This document shows, in pieces, positions 1-8,220 of a DNA stretch of 20,000 nt. Numbering within the stretch: the first letter of the stretch is position 1; each line of letters opens with the position of its first letter. This DNA comes from an uncultured virus (IMG/VR IMGVR_UViG_3300024520_000070) (taxonomy: Duplodnaviria > Heunggongvirae > Uroviricota > Caudoviricetes): the IMG/VR virus record IMGVR_UViG_3300024520_000070. One strand, written 5' to 3'. The position numbers were made by a program, and so were the translations under genes. Below the pieces are notes generated by a model. The model was not told where the DNA came from. It saw only the letters and a program-made list of their open reading frames with translations, and did not search any database.

Positions 1-809
1 TAAAAGAAAAAACTGGAGATATGTATTTAGCGGGCGATGATGATCAAGCCATCTTTGCGTGGGCTGGAGCTGATGTAAATAGATTTATAAATGAACCGGC
101 TCAAGAAAAAGTATTAAGATATTCTAGACGTGTTTCAAAAGCTGTCCAGGAACAATCACAAATAATAGTGGGTCGGATATCAGGCATCAGGAAACATAAA
201 GATTACTTCCCTAGAGCGCAAGAGGGTCTTGCGTCTCATATCTCTAATTTAGGACAAGTAGACCTTACAAAAGGTAAGTGGTTAATCTTAAGCAGAACAA
301 AAAATAATTTATTAAAAATAATGGAAGAGCTGAGGAGAAAAGGTTTATATTACCAGAGTAATAAAGGAAAAAGTTTTAAGGTTAGTCTTTATAAAGCAGC
401 GGTGTCTTATACTAACTGGCGCTTTGATGAAAAACTTGAGGCAAAAGATATTGCGGAAATAAGAGAATACACCCCTGAAGGAGAATGGGATGTAAAAAAA
501 GAATGGTACGAAGCATTCACGCAGGCTAGTCAGGAAGATAGTTTATATATCAGAAATTTATTATCAAACAATGAAAAATTAAATGAGAATGCTAGAATAT
601 TTGTTTCTACAATTCATGCGGCGAAAGGTGGTGAAGAAGATAACGTAATTTTATCCTTACATCAAGGAAGAAAAGTTCAGGGGGGAATTGCATTAAGCAT
701 TGACAAACAAGATGAGGAGCATAGAGTATGGTACGTGGGCAGTACGAGAGCAAGAATTAATCTATATAAACTAGTTTCGAAAGTACATCGAAAGGAATAC
801 ATATTATGA
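1..809 (+). CDS. UvrD/Rep-like superfamily 1 helicase, C-terminal part (5'-truncated by window)
   Basis: SF1 motifs GDDDQAIFAW (III), LRYSRR (IV), STIHAAKGGE (V), EEHRVWYVGSTRAR (VI); frame is open back to the window start (KEKTGD before the ATG at 21). Confidence 0.9.
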   Translation, partial: KEKTGDMYLAGDDDQAIFAWAGADVNRFINEPAQEKVLRYSRRVSKAVQEQSQIIVGRISGIRKHKDYFPRAQEGLASHISNLGQVDLTKGKWLILSRTKNNLLKIMEELRRKGLYYQSNKGKSFKVSLYKAAVSYTNWRFDEKLEAKDIAEIREYTPEGEWDVKKEWYEAFTQASQEDSLYIRNLLSNNEKLNENARIFVSTIHAAKGGEEDNVILSLHQGRKVQGGIALSIDKQDEEHRVWYVGSTRARINLYKLVSKVHRKEYIL

Positions 810-1015
810 GTGAAGCTTATAAAAAACAAATTGGTGGTGATCATTATGCCTCAATGACGATACAACCCTCAGAATTTATTAATAAAAATAATATTCCCTT
901 TGCGGAGGGAAACGCCATAAAATATTTATGTCGTCATAAACAGAAAGGACAAAAACAAGATTTAGAGAAGGCTATTCATTATTGTCAGATGGCTATTGAA
1001 AGGGACTATGAATGA
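806..1015 (+). CDS. DUF3310 family protein (T7 gp1.7-like nucleotide kinase domain)
   Basis: QIGGDHY...GNAIKYLCRHKQKG..QDLEKAIHY signature; ATGA overlaps with both neighbours. Confidence 0.85.
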   Translation: MSEAYKKQIGGDHYASMTIQPSEFINKNNIPFAEGNAIKYLCRHKQKGQKQDLEKAIHYCQMAIERDYE

Positions 1016-2973
1016 AAATACCTCCTTACTTATTACAAACTGAATGGGTAGCACCAGATGAGTATCCAGACTTAAGAAACTATCCTGAAATTGCAATTGA
1101 CTTAGAAACTAAAGACCCTGATTTAAAAACAAAAGGATCAGGCGCTGTTGTGGGTCGAGGTGAGGTAGTAGGTATAGCAGTGGCCGTAGAAACAGGCTCC
1201 TGGTATTTTCCTATCGCACATGCAGAAGGACCTAATGCAGATAGAAAGAAAACTTTAGACTGGTTTAAAGATATTCTAGGTTGTCCAGCTACCAAAATAT
1301 TTCACAACGCAATGTACGACGTATGTTGGATACGTAGTTTAGGTTTAAAAATCAATGGTTTAGTGGTAGATACAATGATTGCGGCTTCTCTTCTAGATGA
1401 GAATAGGTACTCTTTTACACTTAATACTTTGTCCTGGGTATACTTAGATAAAGGTAAAAATGAAACTGCGTTAATTAATGCGGCGAAAGAAAGAGGACTC
1501 GATCCTAAAAAAGATATGTGGCAGTTACCAGCGTTAGTAGTAGGTGCCTATGCAGAAAAAGATGCTGAGTTAACATTTGAATTATGGCAACGTGTGAAAA
1601 AATTAATAGTTGAAGAAGATTTACAAAAGATATTTAATCTAGAGACTGATCTTTTTCCTTGCCTGGTCGACATGAAATTTCTCGGAGTGAGAGTGGACGT
1701 TGACAAAGCTCATACACTGAAGACACGGCTAGCATCCCAAGAAGAAAAGTTAATCCAAGAAATAAAAAAAGAAACAGGAGAAGAGCCTCAAATATGGGCA
1801 GCAAGATCGATTGCCAAAGTTTTTCAAAAACTCCACCTACCTTATGACCGTACTGAAAAGACTGACTCTCCTTCATTTACAAAAAATTTCCTTTCCTCTC
1901 ATGAACATCCTGTAGTTCGCATGATAGCAGAGGCAAGAAAAATAAACAAGGTCCGTACAACTTTTATTGATACAATCTTAGAACATGAACACAAAGGTAG
2001 AATACATGCAGATATAAATCAGATTAGATCTGATCAAGGTGGAACTGTAACGGGAAGATTTTCATATTCTAATCCAAACCTACAGCAAATTCCAGCACGG
2101 GATCCAGAAACAGGGCCTTTAATAAGAAGTTTATTTATTCCAGAAGAAGGACACAGCTGGGGATGTTTTGACTACTCACAACAAGAGCCGAGACTGGTTG
2201 CACACTATGCTTTAAAATTTGGATTACCTTCTGTTAATCAAATTGCAGATTCATATGATACAGAGCCGGCAACAGACTTTCATCAAATTGTAGCTGACAT
2301 GGCTGACATTCCCCGACTACAGGCCAAGACTATTAATTTAGGTTTGTTTTATGGAATGGGTAAAGCAAAACTTCAAGCTGAGCTTGGGGTATCAAAAGAA
2401 AAAGCAACTGAGCTATCAGATAGATATCATTTAAAAGTTCCGTTTGTAAAACAACTCATGAATACATTAATGAATATTGCGTCTACCAAGGGACAAATTA
2501 AAACTTTATTAGGAAGACGTTGTAGATTTCCTAGGTATGAACCTATCTTAAGAGGAATAGACTGGGGTAAATTTGTACCAGCAGAGGATCAAGAAAGAAT
2601 GTTGGAACTGCAGGCAATGGGGCCTTATTTAATTGATGAAGAAGGGGAAATAATAAAAGATAAAGATAACAAACCCAAAAAAAATTATTGGCATCAAAAT
2701 AGTTCGCGAAGAGCCTTCACCTATAAATCTTTAAATAGACTAATTCAAGGATCAGCGGCTGACATGACGAAGAAAGCAATGTTAGATTTATGGAAAGAAG
2801 GTATTGTCTCTCACATTCAAATTCACGATGAGCTAGATATTTCTATTAAAGATGAAGCTCAGGTTAAAAAAATAAAAGAAATTATGGAGAGTGCTGTTGA
2901 GTTAGAAATTCCTAATAAGGTTGATTATGAATCAGGGCCAAGTTGGGGAGAAATAAAAGAAAATGACCTATAG
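1012..2973 (+). CDS. polA: Family A DNA polymerase with 3'-5' exonuclease domain
   Basis: Exo motifs DLET, FHNAMYD, YAEKD; polymerase motifs TGRFSYSNPNLQQIP, A (DYSQQEPR), B (RLQAKTINLGLFYGMG), C (IHDEL). Confidence 0.97.
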   Translation: MKIPPYLLQTEWVAPDEYPDLRNYPEIAIDLETKDPDLKTKGSGAVVGRGEVVGIAVAVETGSWYFPIAHAEGPNADRKKTLDWFKDILGCPATKIFHNAMYDVCWIRSLGLKINGLVVDTMIAASLLDENRYSFTLNTLSWVYLDKGKNETALINAAKERGLDPKKDMWQLPALVVGAYAEKDAELTFELWQRVKKLIVEEDLQKIFNLETDLFPCLVDMKFLGVRVDVDKAHTLKTRLASQEEKLIQEIKKETGEEPQIWAARSIAKVFQKLHLPYDRTEKTDSPSFTKNFLSSHEHPVVRMIAEARKINKVRTTFIDTILEHEHKGRIHADINQIRSDQGGTVTGRFSYSNPNLQQIPARDPETGPLIRSLFIPEEGHSWGCFDYSQQEPRLVAHYALKFGLPSVNQIADSYDTEPATDFHQIVADMADIPRLQAKTINLGLFYGMGKAKLQAELGVSKEKATELSDRYHLKVPFVKQLMNTLMNIASTKGQIKTLLGRRCRFPRYEPILRGIDWGKFVPAEDQERMLELQAMGPYLIDEEGEIIKDKDNKPKKNYWHQNSSRRAFTYKSLNRLIQGSAADMTKKAMLDLWKEGIVSHIQIHDELDISIKDEAQVKKIKEIMESAVELEIPNKVDYESGPSWGEIKENDL

Positions 2974-3544
2974 TTTTAAAGATCATGACAAAGCTGACGT
3001 TAGAAATCTAATTATGGCTATCAATGTTCTAGGCGAAAATTTAGTTGGTTTAGAATTAGGAGTTCTGCAAGCTGAAAGTTTAATGACCATCCTACATAAC
3101 TGCAGTATAAAAAAATTATACGGTGTAGATCACTGGAAGGGCTACACTGATTATCTAAGTAGAGAACCAAATTATCAACCTGTATATACGGTGTCTGATG
3201 AAGACGCCGAATATAATAAGCTTACTGCACTTCACCGAATTAAACATTCAGGGATGAAGGACAAGGTAGTAATAATTGAAGGGGATTCTTTAAACAAGAA
3301 CACAATAGATTACATAGAAGATAAAAGTCTAGACTTTATATTCTTTGATGCCATGCTGGACGAGGATCAAGCTTATAAAGAAGCTCTGGCTTATTATCCT
3401 AAACTAAAAGTAGGAGGCTATTTAATGGGGGATGATGCTTTCTGTGAAGAGCAGGTTATTATTCCTTTAAACAAAGTATTAAAACACTATAAAAACACCA
3501 ACCCAATCATCACATATGGGCGTTGTTTTATGGTAAAAATATAG
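2963..3544 (+). CDS. Class I SAM-dependent methyltransferase (Methyltransf_24-like)
   Basis: LELGV motif I, YGVDHW, GDS, LDFIFFDA, LKVGGYLMGDD. Confidence 0.85.
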   Translation: MTYSFKDHDKADVRNLIMAINVLGENLVGLELGVLQAESLMTILHNCSIKKLYGVDHWKGYTDYLSREPNYQPVYTVSDEDAEYNKLTALHRIKHSGMKDKVVIIEGDSLNKNTIDYIEDKSLDFIFFDAMLDEDQAYKEALAYYPKLKVGGYLMGDDAFCEEQVIIPLNKVLKHYKNTNPIITYGRCFMVKI

Positions 3545-3551
3545 ATATAAT
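3523..3551 (+). promoter_or_regulatory. Putative sigma70 promoter
   Basis: TTGTTT(3523-3528)-N17-TATAAT(3546-3551), followed by AAGGAG RBS and ATG at 3576. Confidence 0.55.
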
Positions 3552-3575
3552 AAGAGAAAAATAAGGAGAAAACTT

Positions 3576-3677
3576 ATGAACAAAATAAAACAAGTATGGG
3601 CATTAGCACAAGCTAATCCGAAGATAGCTACCGCTGCTGTGGTAGTAATCATTGCCATATATTTTTTAGTAAACTAG
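3576..3677 (+). CDS. Small membrane protein (33 aa), not in ORF track
   Basis: MNKIKQVWALAQANPKIATAAVVVIIAIYFLVN; strong AAGGAG RBS; single C-terminal hydrophobic helix. Confidence 0.75.
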   Translation: MNKIKQVWALAQANPKIATAAVVVIIAIYFLVN

Positions 3678-3691
3678 GAACTGTATGACCC

Positions 3692-4342
3692 ATGGCCTAT
3701 CTAAATGCAAACATCCCTGTGCTCTATTCACAGATCAGGAGAGAATATCTTTATGATCTTAAAGAACATCATGGAGAAGTTGAAGACTGCATTATATTTG
3801 GCCTGGCATCAATTACAGGGCGTCCTGTCCTTTTTCATGCAATCATGGAAAACGGCGCGGTCTTCTATAGGCTCCCTATCTCCGCGTTCATTCAAAGAGG
3901 ATTTAGAGCAAGTGAAGTTCCTCGGATGCGACTTGATGAGCTGGAGCTATGGAATTGCTTTAGTTATTATCCTAGCGTTTTGCTTTTTGATATCTTAGAC
4001 GGCCAATCTGGAAAATTTTTTGGAAAAGATAAGAAAACCTACCCAGGTGCATATCTTTTTACAGTTGACTGGGCACATCCAGAGAGTAATATAGTAGATA
4101 CGGATCATTCTGAAGTACCGCATGAACATAAATGCGCACACATTCTAGCCCTAGAGAATGGAAATTATGCAGCACAACCTAATAATCGGATCCTTTGGGA
4201 TATACCTTCATTCACAGTAAGAGACGAAGTCCCCGATTGGAAGGTGCAGACTTCAGATTGGAATGTAGAGGACACCGGTAAGTGGAAGACAGAAGATACC
4301 GATAGGTATTTTTATAAAATTGAGGAAAACAAAGATGAGTAA
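3692..4342 (+). CDS. Phage hypothetical protein (MAYLNANIP N-terminus)
   Basis: 216-aa ORF with HEHKCAH and AAQPNNR motifs; recognised as a common marine-phage family; function unknown. Confidence 0.8.
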   Translation: MAYLNANIPVLYSQIRREYLYDLKEHHGEVEDCIIFGLASITGRPVLFHAIMENGAVFYRLPISAFIQRGFRASEVPRMRLDELELWNCFSYYPSVLLFDILDGQSGKFFGKDKKTYPGAYLFTVDWAHPESNIVDTDHSEVPHEHKCAHILALENGNYAAQPNNRILWDIPSFTVRDEVPDWKVQTSDWNVEDTGKWKTEDTDRYFYKIEENKDE

Positions 4343-4553
4343 CTGTAAAAAATGTAACTGTAAATGTCATTGTAAGGATGAATTTCATACCGATGTGTAT
4401 GGAGTATGTCCTTGCGATAACTGTAAATGCAACAGCAAAAGAACCTATACAAACCTAAAGGAACATGGTACAGACATTTCCTATGAAAACGAAGTCAGCA
4501 AGACTGGTGGAGTCGTTGTAGATGACACTGGCGAATGCGATTCATGTCAATAA
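4335..4553 (+). CDS. Cysteine-rich metallothionein-like small protein (72 aa)
   Basis: 11 Cys in CxxCxCxCxC, CxCxxCxC and C-terminal CxxC; GAGG RBS favours the ATG at 4335 over the track start at 4320. Confidence 0.7.
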   Translation: MSNCKKCNCKCHCKDEFHTDVYGVCPCDNCKCNSKRTYTNLKEHGTDISYENEVSKTGGVVVDDTGECDSCQ

Positions 4554-4562
4554 TGGAGGAAT

Positions 4563-4724
4563 ATGAATAAACTATTTTTAATACTGGTAATATTATTCAC
4601 TTTAAATGCCTGCGCAGTGGGGCAGAAATGCACTTATACACAAGAAGGAACTAAAATTTCATCTTGGTTTTGGATTACTGAAGGTGAAATGCCAGCGGAC
4701 TTAAGTAAAGACAATTGTAACTAG
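4563..4724 (+). CDS. Small lipoprotein (53 aa), not in ORF track
   Basis: MNKLFLILVILFTLNAC: signal peptide with lipobox LNA-C; GGAGG RBS. Confidence 0.75.
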   Translation: MNKLFLILVILFTLNACAVGQKCTYTQEGTKISSWFWITEGEMPADLSKDNCN

Positions 4725-4744
4725 TATGACTGATGGGGGCGTTA

Positions 4745-4870
4745 ATGAAGTACAGAACGTTAAAGCTTTTTCGGACAAGAAGAAACGCAAGGAAAAGAAT
4801 TCAAGCAACAGAAAAAGCGGTGCAGGCTTTAATAATTGTCCTAATGGTGATTCTAGTACTTTTGGTATAA
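4745..4870 (+). CDS. Small basic protein with C-terminal TM helix (41 aa), not in ORF track
   Basis: MKYRTLKLFRTRRNARKRIQATEKAVQALIIVLMVILVLLV; fills the gap between flanking genes; GGGGG upstream. Confidence 0.5.
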   Translation: MKYRTLKLFRTRRNARKRIQATEKAVQALIIVLMVILVLLV

Positions 4871-4873
4871 TGA

Positions 4874-5291
4874 ATGTCTAAACAACCCTTAACAATTTCA
4901 GAAGAAGCAAAAGTTCAGATGCCTATGAAAACGGTAGCTAGCCTCATCGCCCTCGTGGCGATCGGGACCTGGGCTTTCTTCACCATTCAGGAAAAATTAA
5001 ATACACACACAACTCAACTACAAATTATGGAGAAGGATCTCGAAATGAATTCAGAGTTCAGAATAAAATGGCCTCGTGGATTACTCGGATCCTTACCCCG
5101 CTGATTCAGAACAATTTATGTTGATCGAAGAATTATATAAACAAACTGACAAGCAACAAATAAGAATTGATGGTATGTTACACAATGAAGTTAATATAAA
5201 AGCTTTAGAAAAAGCTGTTGATAAGTTACAATCAGATGTGGAAAAATTAAAAGATAAACAAAGAGAATTTGCTAATGGAGGTACTCACTAA
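4874..5291 (+). CDS. TM-anchored coiled-coil protein split by a +1 frameshift at CCCC 5096-5099 (possible spanin or holin-associated protein)
   Basis: ORF 4874-5104 (TM helix, coiled coil, ...WPRGLLGSLP) continues as ADSEQFMLIEE... in the +1 frame, giving ~138 aa; no RBS seen for an independent start at 5076. Confidence 0.65.
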
Positions 5292-5569
5292 TGGAAGAAG
5301 TAATTATATGCATAGCACTTTGTCTCTTCATGAATGGAGAGTTAGTCGAGCATACATACCAAAAATCGATGGGCGACTGCCTCAAAGCGAAGAGGATCGC
5401 GATGCGTACGATCGAGCCCGAGCGCATTCAATTTAAATGCGGTGCAAATATTAAAGCAAAAGTAGAGTACATAGAAGAAAAAGGGCAAACCGTAGCTCGT
5501 ACACGTATTATAGAAGTTCTGGATCATGGTTATGAGAGCGATAGTTATGAAGCAGAATCGCGCTACTAA
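5291..5569 (+). CDS. Hypothetical protein with hydrophobic N-terminus
   Basis: 92 aa; GGAGG RBS; TAATG coupling to upstream gene. Confidence 0.75.
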   Translation: MEEVIICIALCLFMNGELVEHTYQKSMGDCLKAKRIAMRTIEPERIQFKCGANIKAKVEYIEEKGQTVARTRIIEVLDHGYESDSYEAESRY

Positions 5570-5702
5570 AAAAAGAAATTCTATAGCAAAATGGCTAAGA
5601 CAACCCCGATACAGAATGCTTGTAATTAAGAACAAGAAAAAATATAATAGGAGGAAGAACAATGAAACTATCCAAGAACTTTTGTTTAGCGGAACTGACT
5701 AA
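5547..5702 (+). CDS. Small basic protein, ArfA-like motif (51 aa), not in ORF track
   Basis: MKQNRATKKRNSIAKWLRQPRYRMLVIKNKKKYNRRKNNETIQELLFSGTD; spans the gap between two genes and overlaps both. Confidence 0.55.
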   Translation: MKQNRATKKRNSIAKWLRQPRYRMLVIKNKKKYNRRKNNETIQELLFSGTD

Positions 5703-6156
5703 ATCCCAAACGGCCGAACGTATGGGGCTTAATAATAGTCCTAACGAAGACCAAACTGAGAATCTCAGGTTGCTCTGTGAAAGAGTCCTACAACCTATTC
5801 GAGATCACTTTGACGATGTCGTGTCTATTTCATCAGGCTTCAGGGACCCTATTTTGTCGCGTAAAATAGGCAGTTCAGATAAATCACAACATTGCCGTGG
5901 CCAGGCGGCGGATTTTGAAATTTTTGGCACTTCTAATGCTAAAGTAGCTGATTGGATTAAAGAGAATCTTATGTTCGACCAGCTTATATTAGAATATTTT
6001 GAGCCTGGAGAGCCCAACTCTGGATGGGTACATGTGAGTTACAATAAAGATATAAATTTAAATAGGAAAGAATATTTGATGGCAATTAAAGCCGAATCTG
6101 GTAAAACAGAGTACAAACCAATCTTAGGATTAAGTACGGATAGATATGTTAAATAA
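5662..6156 (+). CDS. Peptidase M15A-family Zn peptidase, probable endolysin
   Basis: LSKNF.LAEL, ISSGFR, SQHCRGQAADF (SxHxxGxAxD), FDQLILE, WVHVSY. Confidence 0.9.
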   Translation: MKLSKNFCLAELTKSQTAERMGLNNSPNEDQTENLRLLCERVLQPIRDHFDDVVSISSGFRDPILSRKIGSSDKSQHCRGQAADFEIFGTSNAKVADWIKENLMFDQLILEYFEPGEPNSGWVHVSYNKDINLNRKEYLMAIKAESGKTEYKPILGLSTDRYVK

Positions 6157-6274
6157 AATCAAAAAAATAATACACACAGTGGACTGCTGGCTTAATAGAT
6201 ATGCATTCGAATACAGAATCTTTGTTCTGGTAGCAGTGATATATTTATTACATGCTCACTACACCGGTTGTTAA
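6146..6274 (+). CDS. Small membrane protein (42 aa), not in ORF track
   Basis: MLNKIKKIIHTVDCWLNRYAFEYRIFVLVAVIYLLHAHYTGC; TAATG coupling to next gene. Confidence 0.6.
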   Translation: MLNKIKKIIHTVDCWLNRYAFEYRIFVLVAVIYLLHAHYTGC

Positions 6275-6501
6275 TGACTGACTTCTTTAAAAGAGGAGAA
6301 GCTCTTAAAGCCGAGCTTACTAGTGGCAAATGTCCCACATGTCATCAATATACTATGCTAGTATCGGTGGCGAGAGATTTCTATAGATGTATCACTTGTG
6401 GTGCTGATCTTGAACAAAAAATAAATGGCATTATAAAATATATTCCCTTTAATGTTAAGACCCATGTACCGGAAAACAAACCTGAAATAAAGAATGGCTA
6501 A
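6274..6501 (+). CDS. Zinc-ribbon protein
   Basis: CPTC-x15-CITCG; ATG at 6274 overlaps the previous TAA. Confidence 0.75.
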   Translation: MTDFFKRGEALKAELTSGKCPTCHQYTMLVSVARDFYRCITCGADLEQKINGIIKYIPFNVKTHVPENKPEIKNG

Positions 6502-6628
6502 AGGAACGTACGGAGTCAATACCTATCGTGATAGAACGCGCAAAAAGATAGGACGTCATAAAAAAAACATGAATAAATCTGAAAGGCGTAATTTTAAATA
6601 TTACGTGGGCCAAGGAAGAGCTAGATAG
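6494..6628 (+). CDS. Small basic protein ending YVGQGRAR (44 aa), not in ORF track
   Basis: MAKGTYGVNTYRDRTRKKIGRHKKNMNKSERRNFKYYVGQGRAR; resembles small phage proteins ending in YRGQG. Confidence 0.65.
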   Translation: MAKGTYGVNTYRDRTRKKIGRHKKNMNKSERRNFKYYVGQGRAR

Positions 6629-6842
6629 TGGGACCTTCTCTGCAGCTATAACTCATAGCTATCTTATTATCATTAACATACTTATAACCCATTTTGGACA
6701 GCAACATGGCTGCCTCTGTATGGGCCGCTTTTGAGCACTCATACCAGCTGTCAAAAGTCTTGGGAAACTGCATAGGGGGTAAACAAGCTGGTTGAGCCCC
6801 TAAAAAAGAGCACACCCATATTATTAATGTAAACTTTATCAT
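6621..6842 (-). CDS. Small exported cysteine-containing protein
   Basis: 73 aa; hydrophobic N-terminus; four Cys; FDSWYEC motif. Confidence 0.7.
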   Translation of the reverse strand: MIKFTLIIWVCSFLGAQPACLPPMQFPKTFDSWYECSKAAHTEAAMLLSKMGYKYVNDNKIAMSYSCREGPTI

Positions 6843-6906
6843 TGACAGTCCTTGAAAATTTATATAAATATCCTATATCATTTGATACAAATGAAAGGAT
6901 ATAACA
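6842..6906. promoter_or_regulatory. Divergent promoter region with TATCCTATA operator-like site
   Basis: AT-rich gap between divergent genes; TTGACA at 6842-6847; TATCCTATA at 6869-6877; AAAGGA RBS before 6907. Confidence 0.5.
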
Positions 6907-7092
6907 ATGACAGACATAAGTAAATATAAAAGTCTTGCAGTCGATCTTAGTTGCTATGCAATAATTGATAAACTCTCTCAGATTCTGGCCCCAGGGGTCA
7001 AACTTAGTAGAGCGCAAGTAATTAGAATGTTAGTAGATGAGAAAGCGAAGAAATTGAATGGCAAAATTAAGCGTATTTCCAAGAGCAAGTAG
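6907..7092 (+). CDS. Ribbon-helix-helix DNA-binding protein (putative regulator)
   Basis: Alternating beta-strand YKSLAV, helix, then LSRAQVIRMLVDE helix, as in CopG/Arc-type RHH proteins. Confidence 0.65.
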   Translation: MTDISKYKSLAVDLSCYAIIDKLSQILAPGVKLSRAQVIRMLVDEKAKKLNGKIKRISKSK

Positions 7093-7366
7093 CGAAGGCG
7101 AAGAACTTAAGGATCCTATTCGAAGTCTTTGGAGAAACGTTTTAATCGTAGCTCTAGAAGATGCAATGGGGAAAGGAGTTAATGGCGGCAGTGTGTGGGC
7201 TAATAAGAATTATTACAGCCACTTATCAAAAGAATCTGCACGTAATTATTTTCTGGAACCTAGTAGGGATTTCCAAATGGTGTGCCAGCTAGCTGGTTTT
7301 GACCACCTATATGTTAGGAAGAAAGTGAGGGAAAAGATACATGAAGGAACAACAGATTTGTCCTAG
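7058..7366 (+). CDS. Phage hypothetical protein
   Basis: 102 aa; LWRNVLIVALEDA and DFQMVCQLAGFD motifs. Confidence 0.75.
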   Translation: MAKLSVFPRASSEGEELKDPIRSLWRNVLIVALEDAMGKGVNGGSVWANKNYYSHLSKESARNYFLEPSRDFQMVCQLAGFDHLYVRKKVREKIHEGTTDLS

Positions 7367-7511
7367 ATGCTTTGGTAACGGTTACATCAAAGTTCAGAAG
7401 GATACTAGAGAAGAAAAAGAAATTGTAGTACAGTGCACCATGTGTGATTCGCAGGGGGAGATCACCAAACTAGAAGGACCCCTCGATGAACTGAGAGCGA
7501 AAGGACTATGA
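7341..7511 (+). CDS. DnaJ-type zinc-finger small protein (56 aa), not in ORF track
   Basis: CPRCFGNG ... CTMCDSQG (CxxCxGxG-like pair); GAGG upstream. Confidence 0.75.
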   Translation: MKEQQICPRCFGNGYIKVQKDTREEKEIVVQCTMCDSQGEITKLEGPLDELRAKGL

Positions 7512-7633
7512 TGCCACATAAAACTATCATCTTTTTAATGCTCTGCACTCTGTTGGTAGCATGCCAAACAGGTCAGGGTTTCAACAATCCAATTGTAACG
7601 GCGCTAAGGTTTAGCTATGGAATAAGTAAATGA
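7508..7633 (+). CDS. Small lipoprotein (41 aa), not in ORF track
   Basis: MMPHKTIIFLMLCTLLVAC...: lipobox LVA-C; ATGA overlaps on both sides. Confidence 0.65.
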   Translation: MMPHKTIIFLMLCTLLVACQTGQGFNNPIVTALRFSYGISK

Positions 7634-8220
7634 CCATCCAAGGTGACAGTAGTGACTATGACTTACTGGCCAAATGGGTGAGAGAGTTAAAACTAAGCAC
7701 GGATCCGTGGCCAGATCGGATACTAACTTGTGAGATAGGAGTCAGGGAAGGCTTAGGCTCCAAAATTATTCTAGACGAAATTATAAAACGAATACCTAAG
7801 GGACGAATTAACTTTAAACATGTAGGCGTTGATCCTTACGATGATTTAAAATACCAACATTACGACAATACGCCGGCCTACACCGCTGACTATTCACCTC
7901 AAATGATGAAGCAGATGGTCCAGGATTTTCTTCCTTACCATCAATACAAATATCTTCACATGACAGATACTGAATTTATGGGAGCATGGTACGACCACAA
8001 GGTACCATTTGATTTTGTTCATTTAGATGGACCTCACATGACCAAAGATGTTTTTACTGAAGCCATCTGGTTTGCCAACCGATCAAGGGTTGGGAGTAGA
8101 ATGGTATTCGACGATTATCTTAAATACGGAATGGATCAGATTGCTTTTGCGCTAACCTATTTCGGATATAGAACACAACACATGGGGGACCATAAATGCA
8201 TGTTGGAAAGAATGGAGTAA
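7630..8220 (+). CDS. Class I SAM-dependent methyltransferase (Methyltransf_24-like)
   Basis: CEIGVREG.GS, GVDPY, FDFVHLDGPH, MVFDDY. Confidence 0.87.
   Translation: MTIQGDSSDYDLLAKWVRELKLSTDPWPDRILTCEIGVREGLGSKIILDEIIKRIPKGRINFKHVGVDPYDDLKYQHYDNTPAYTADYSPQMMKQMVQDFLPYHQYKYLHMTDTEFMGAWYDHKVPFDFVHLDGPHMTKDVFTEAIWFANRSRVGSRMVFDDYLKYGMDQIAFALTYFGYRTQHMGDHKCMLERME

Noticed and set aside
2545..2705. Intein in PolA
   Set aside because: Too short and lacks the terminal His-Asn followed by Cys/Ser/Thr in a proper splicing context.
5102..5104. Stop-codon reassignment or readthrough
   Set aside because: The continuation is in a different frame, and TAA, TAG and TGA all terminate genes normally elsewhere in the window.
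1080..6017. Track ORFs 1080-1295, 1634-1876, 3705-3998, 5342-5662, 5805-6017
   Set aside because: Antisense or out-of-frame shadows of well-supported genes.
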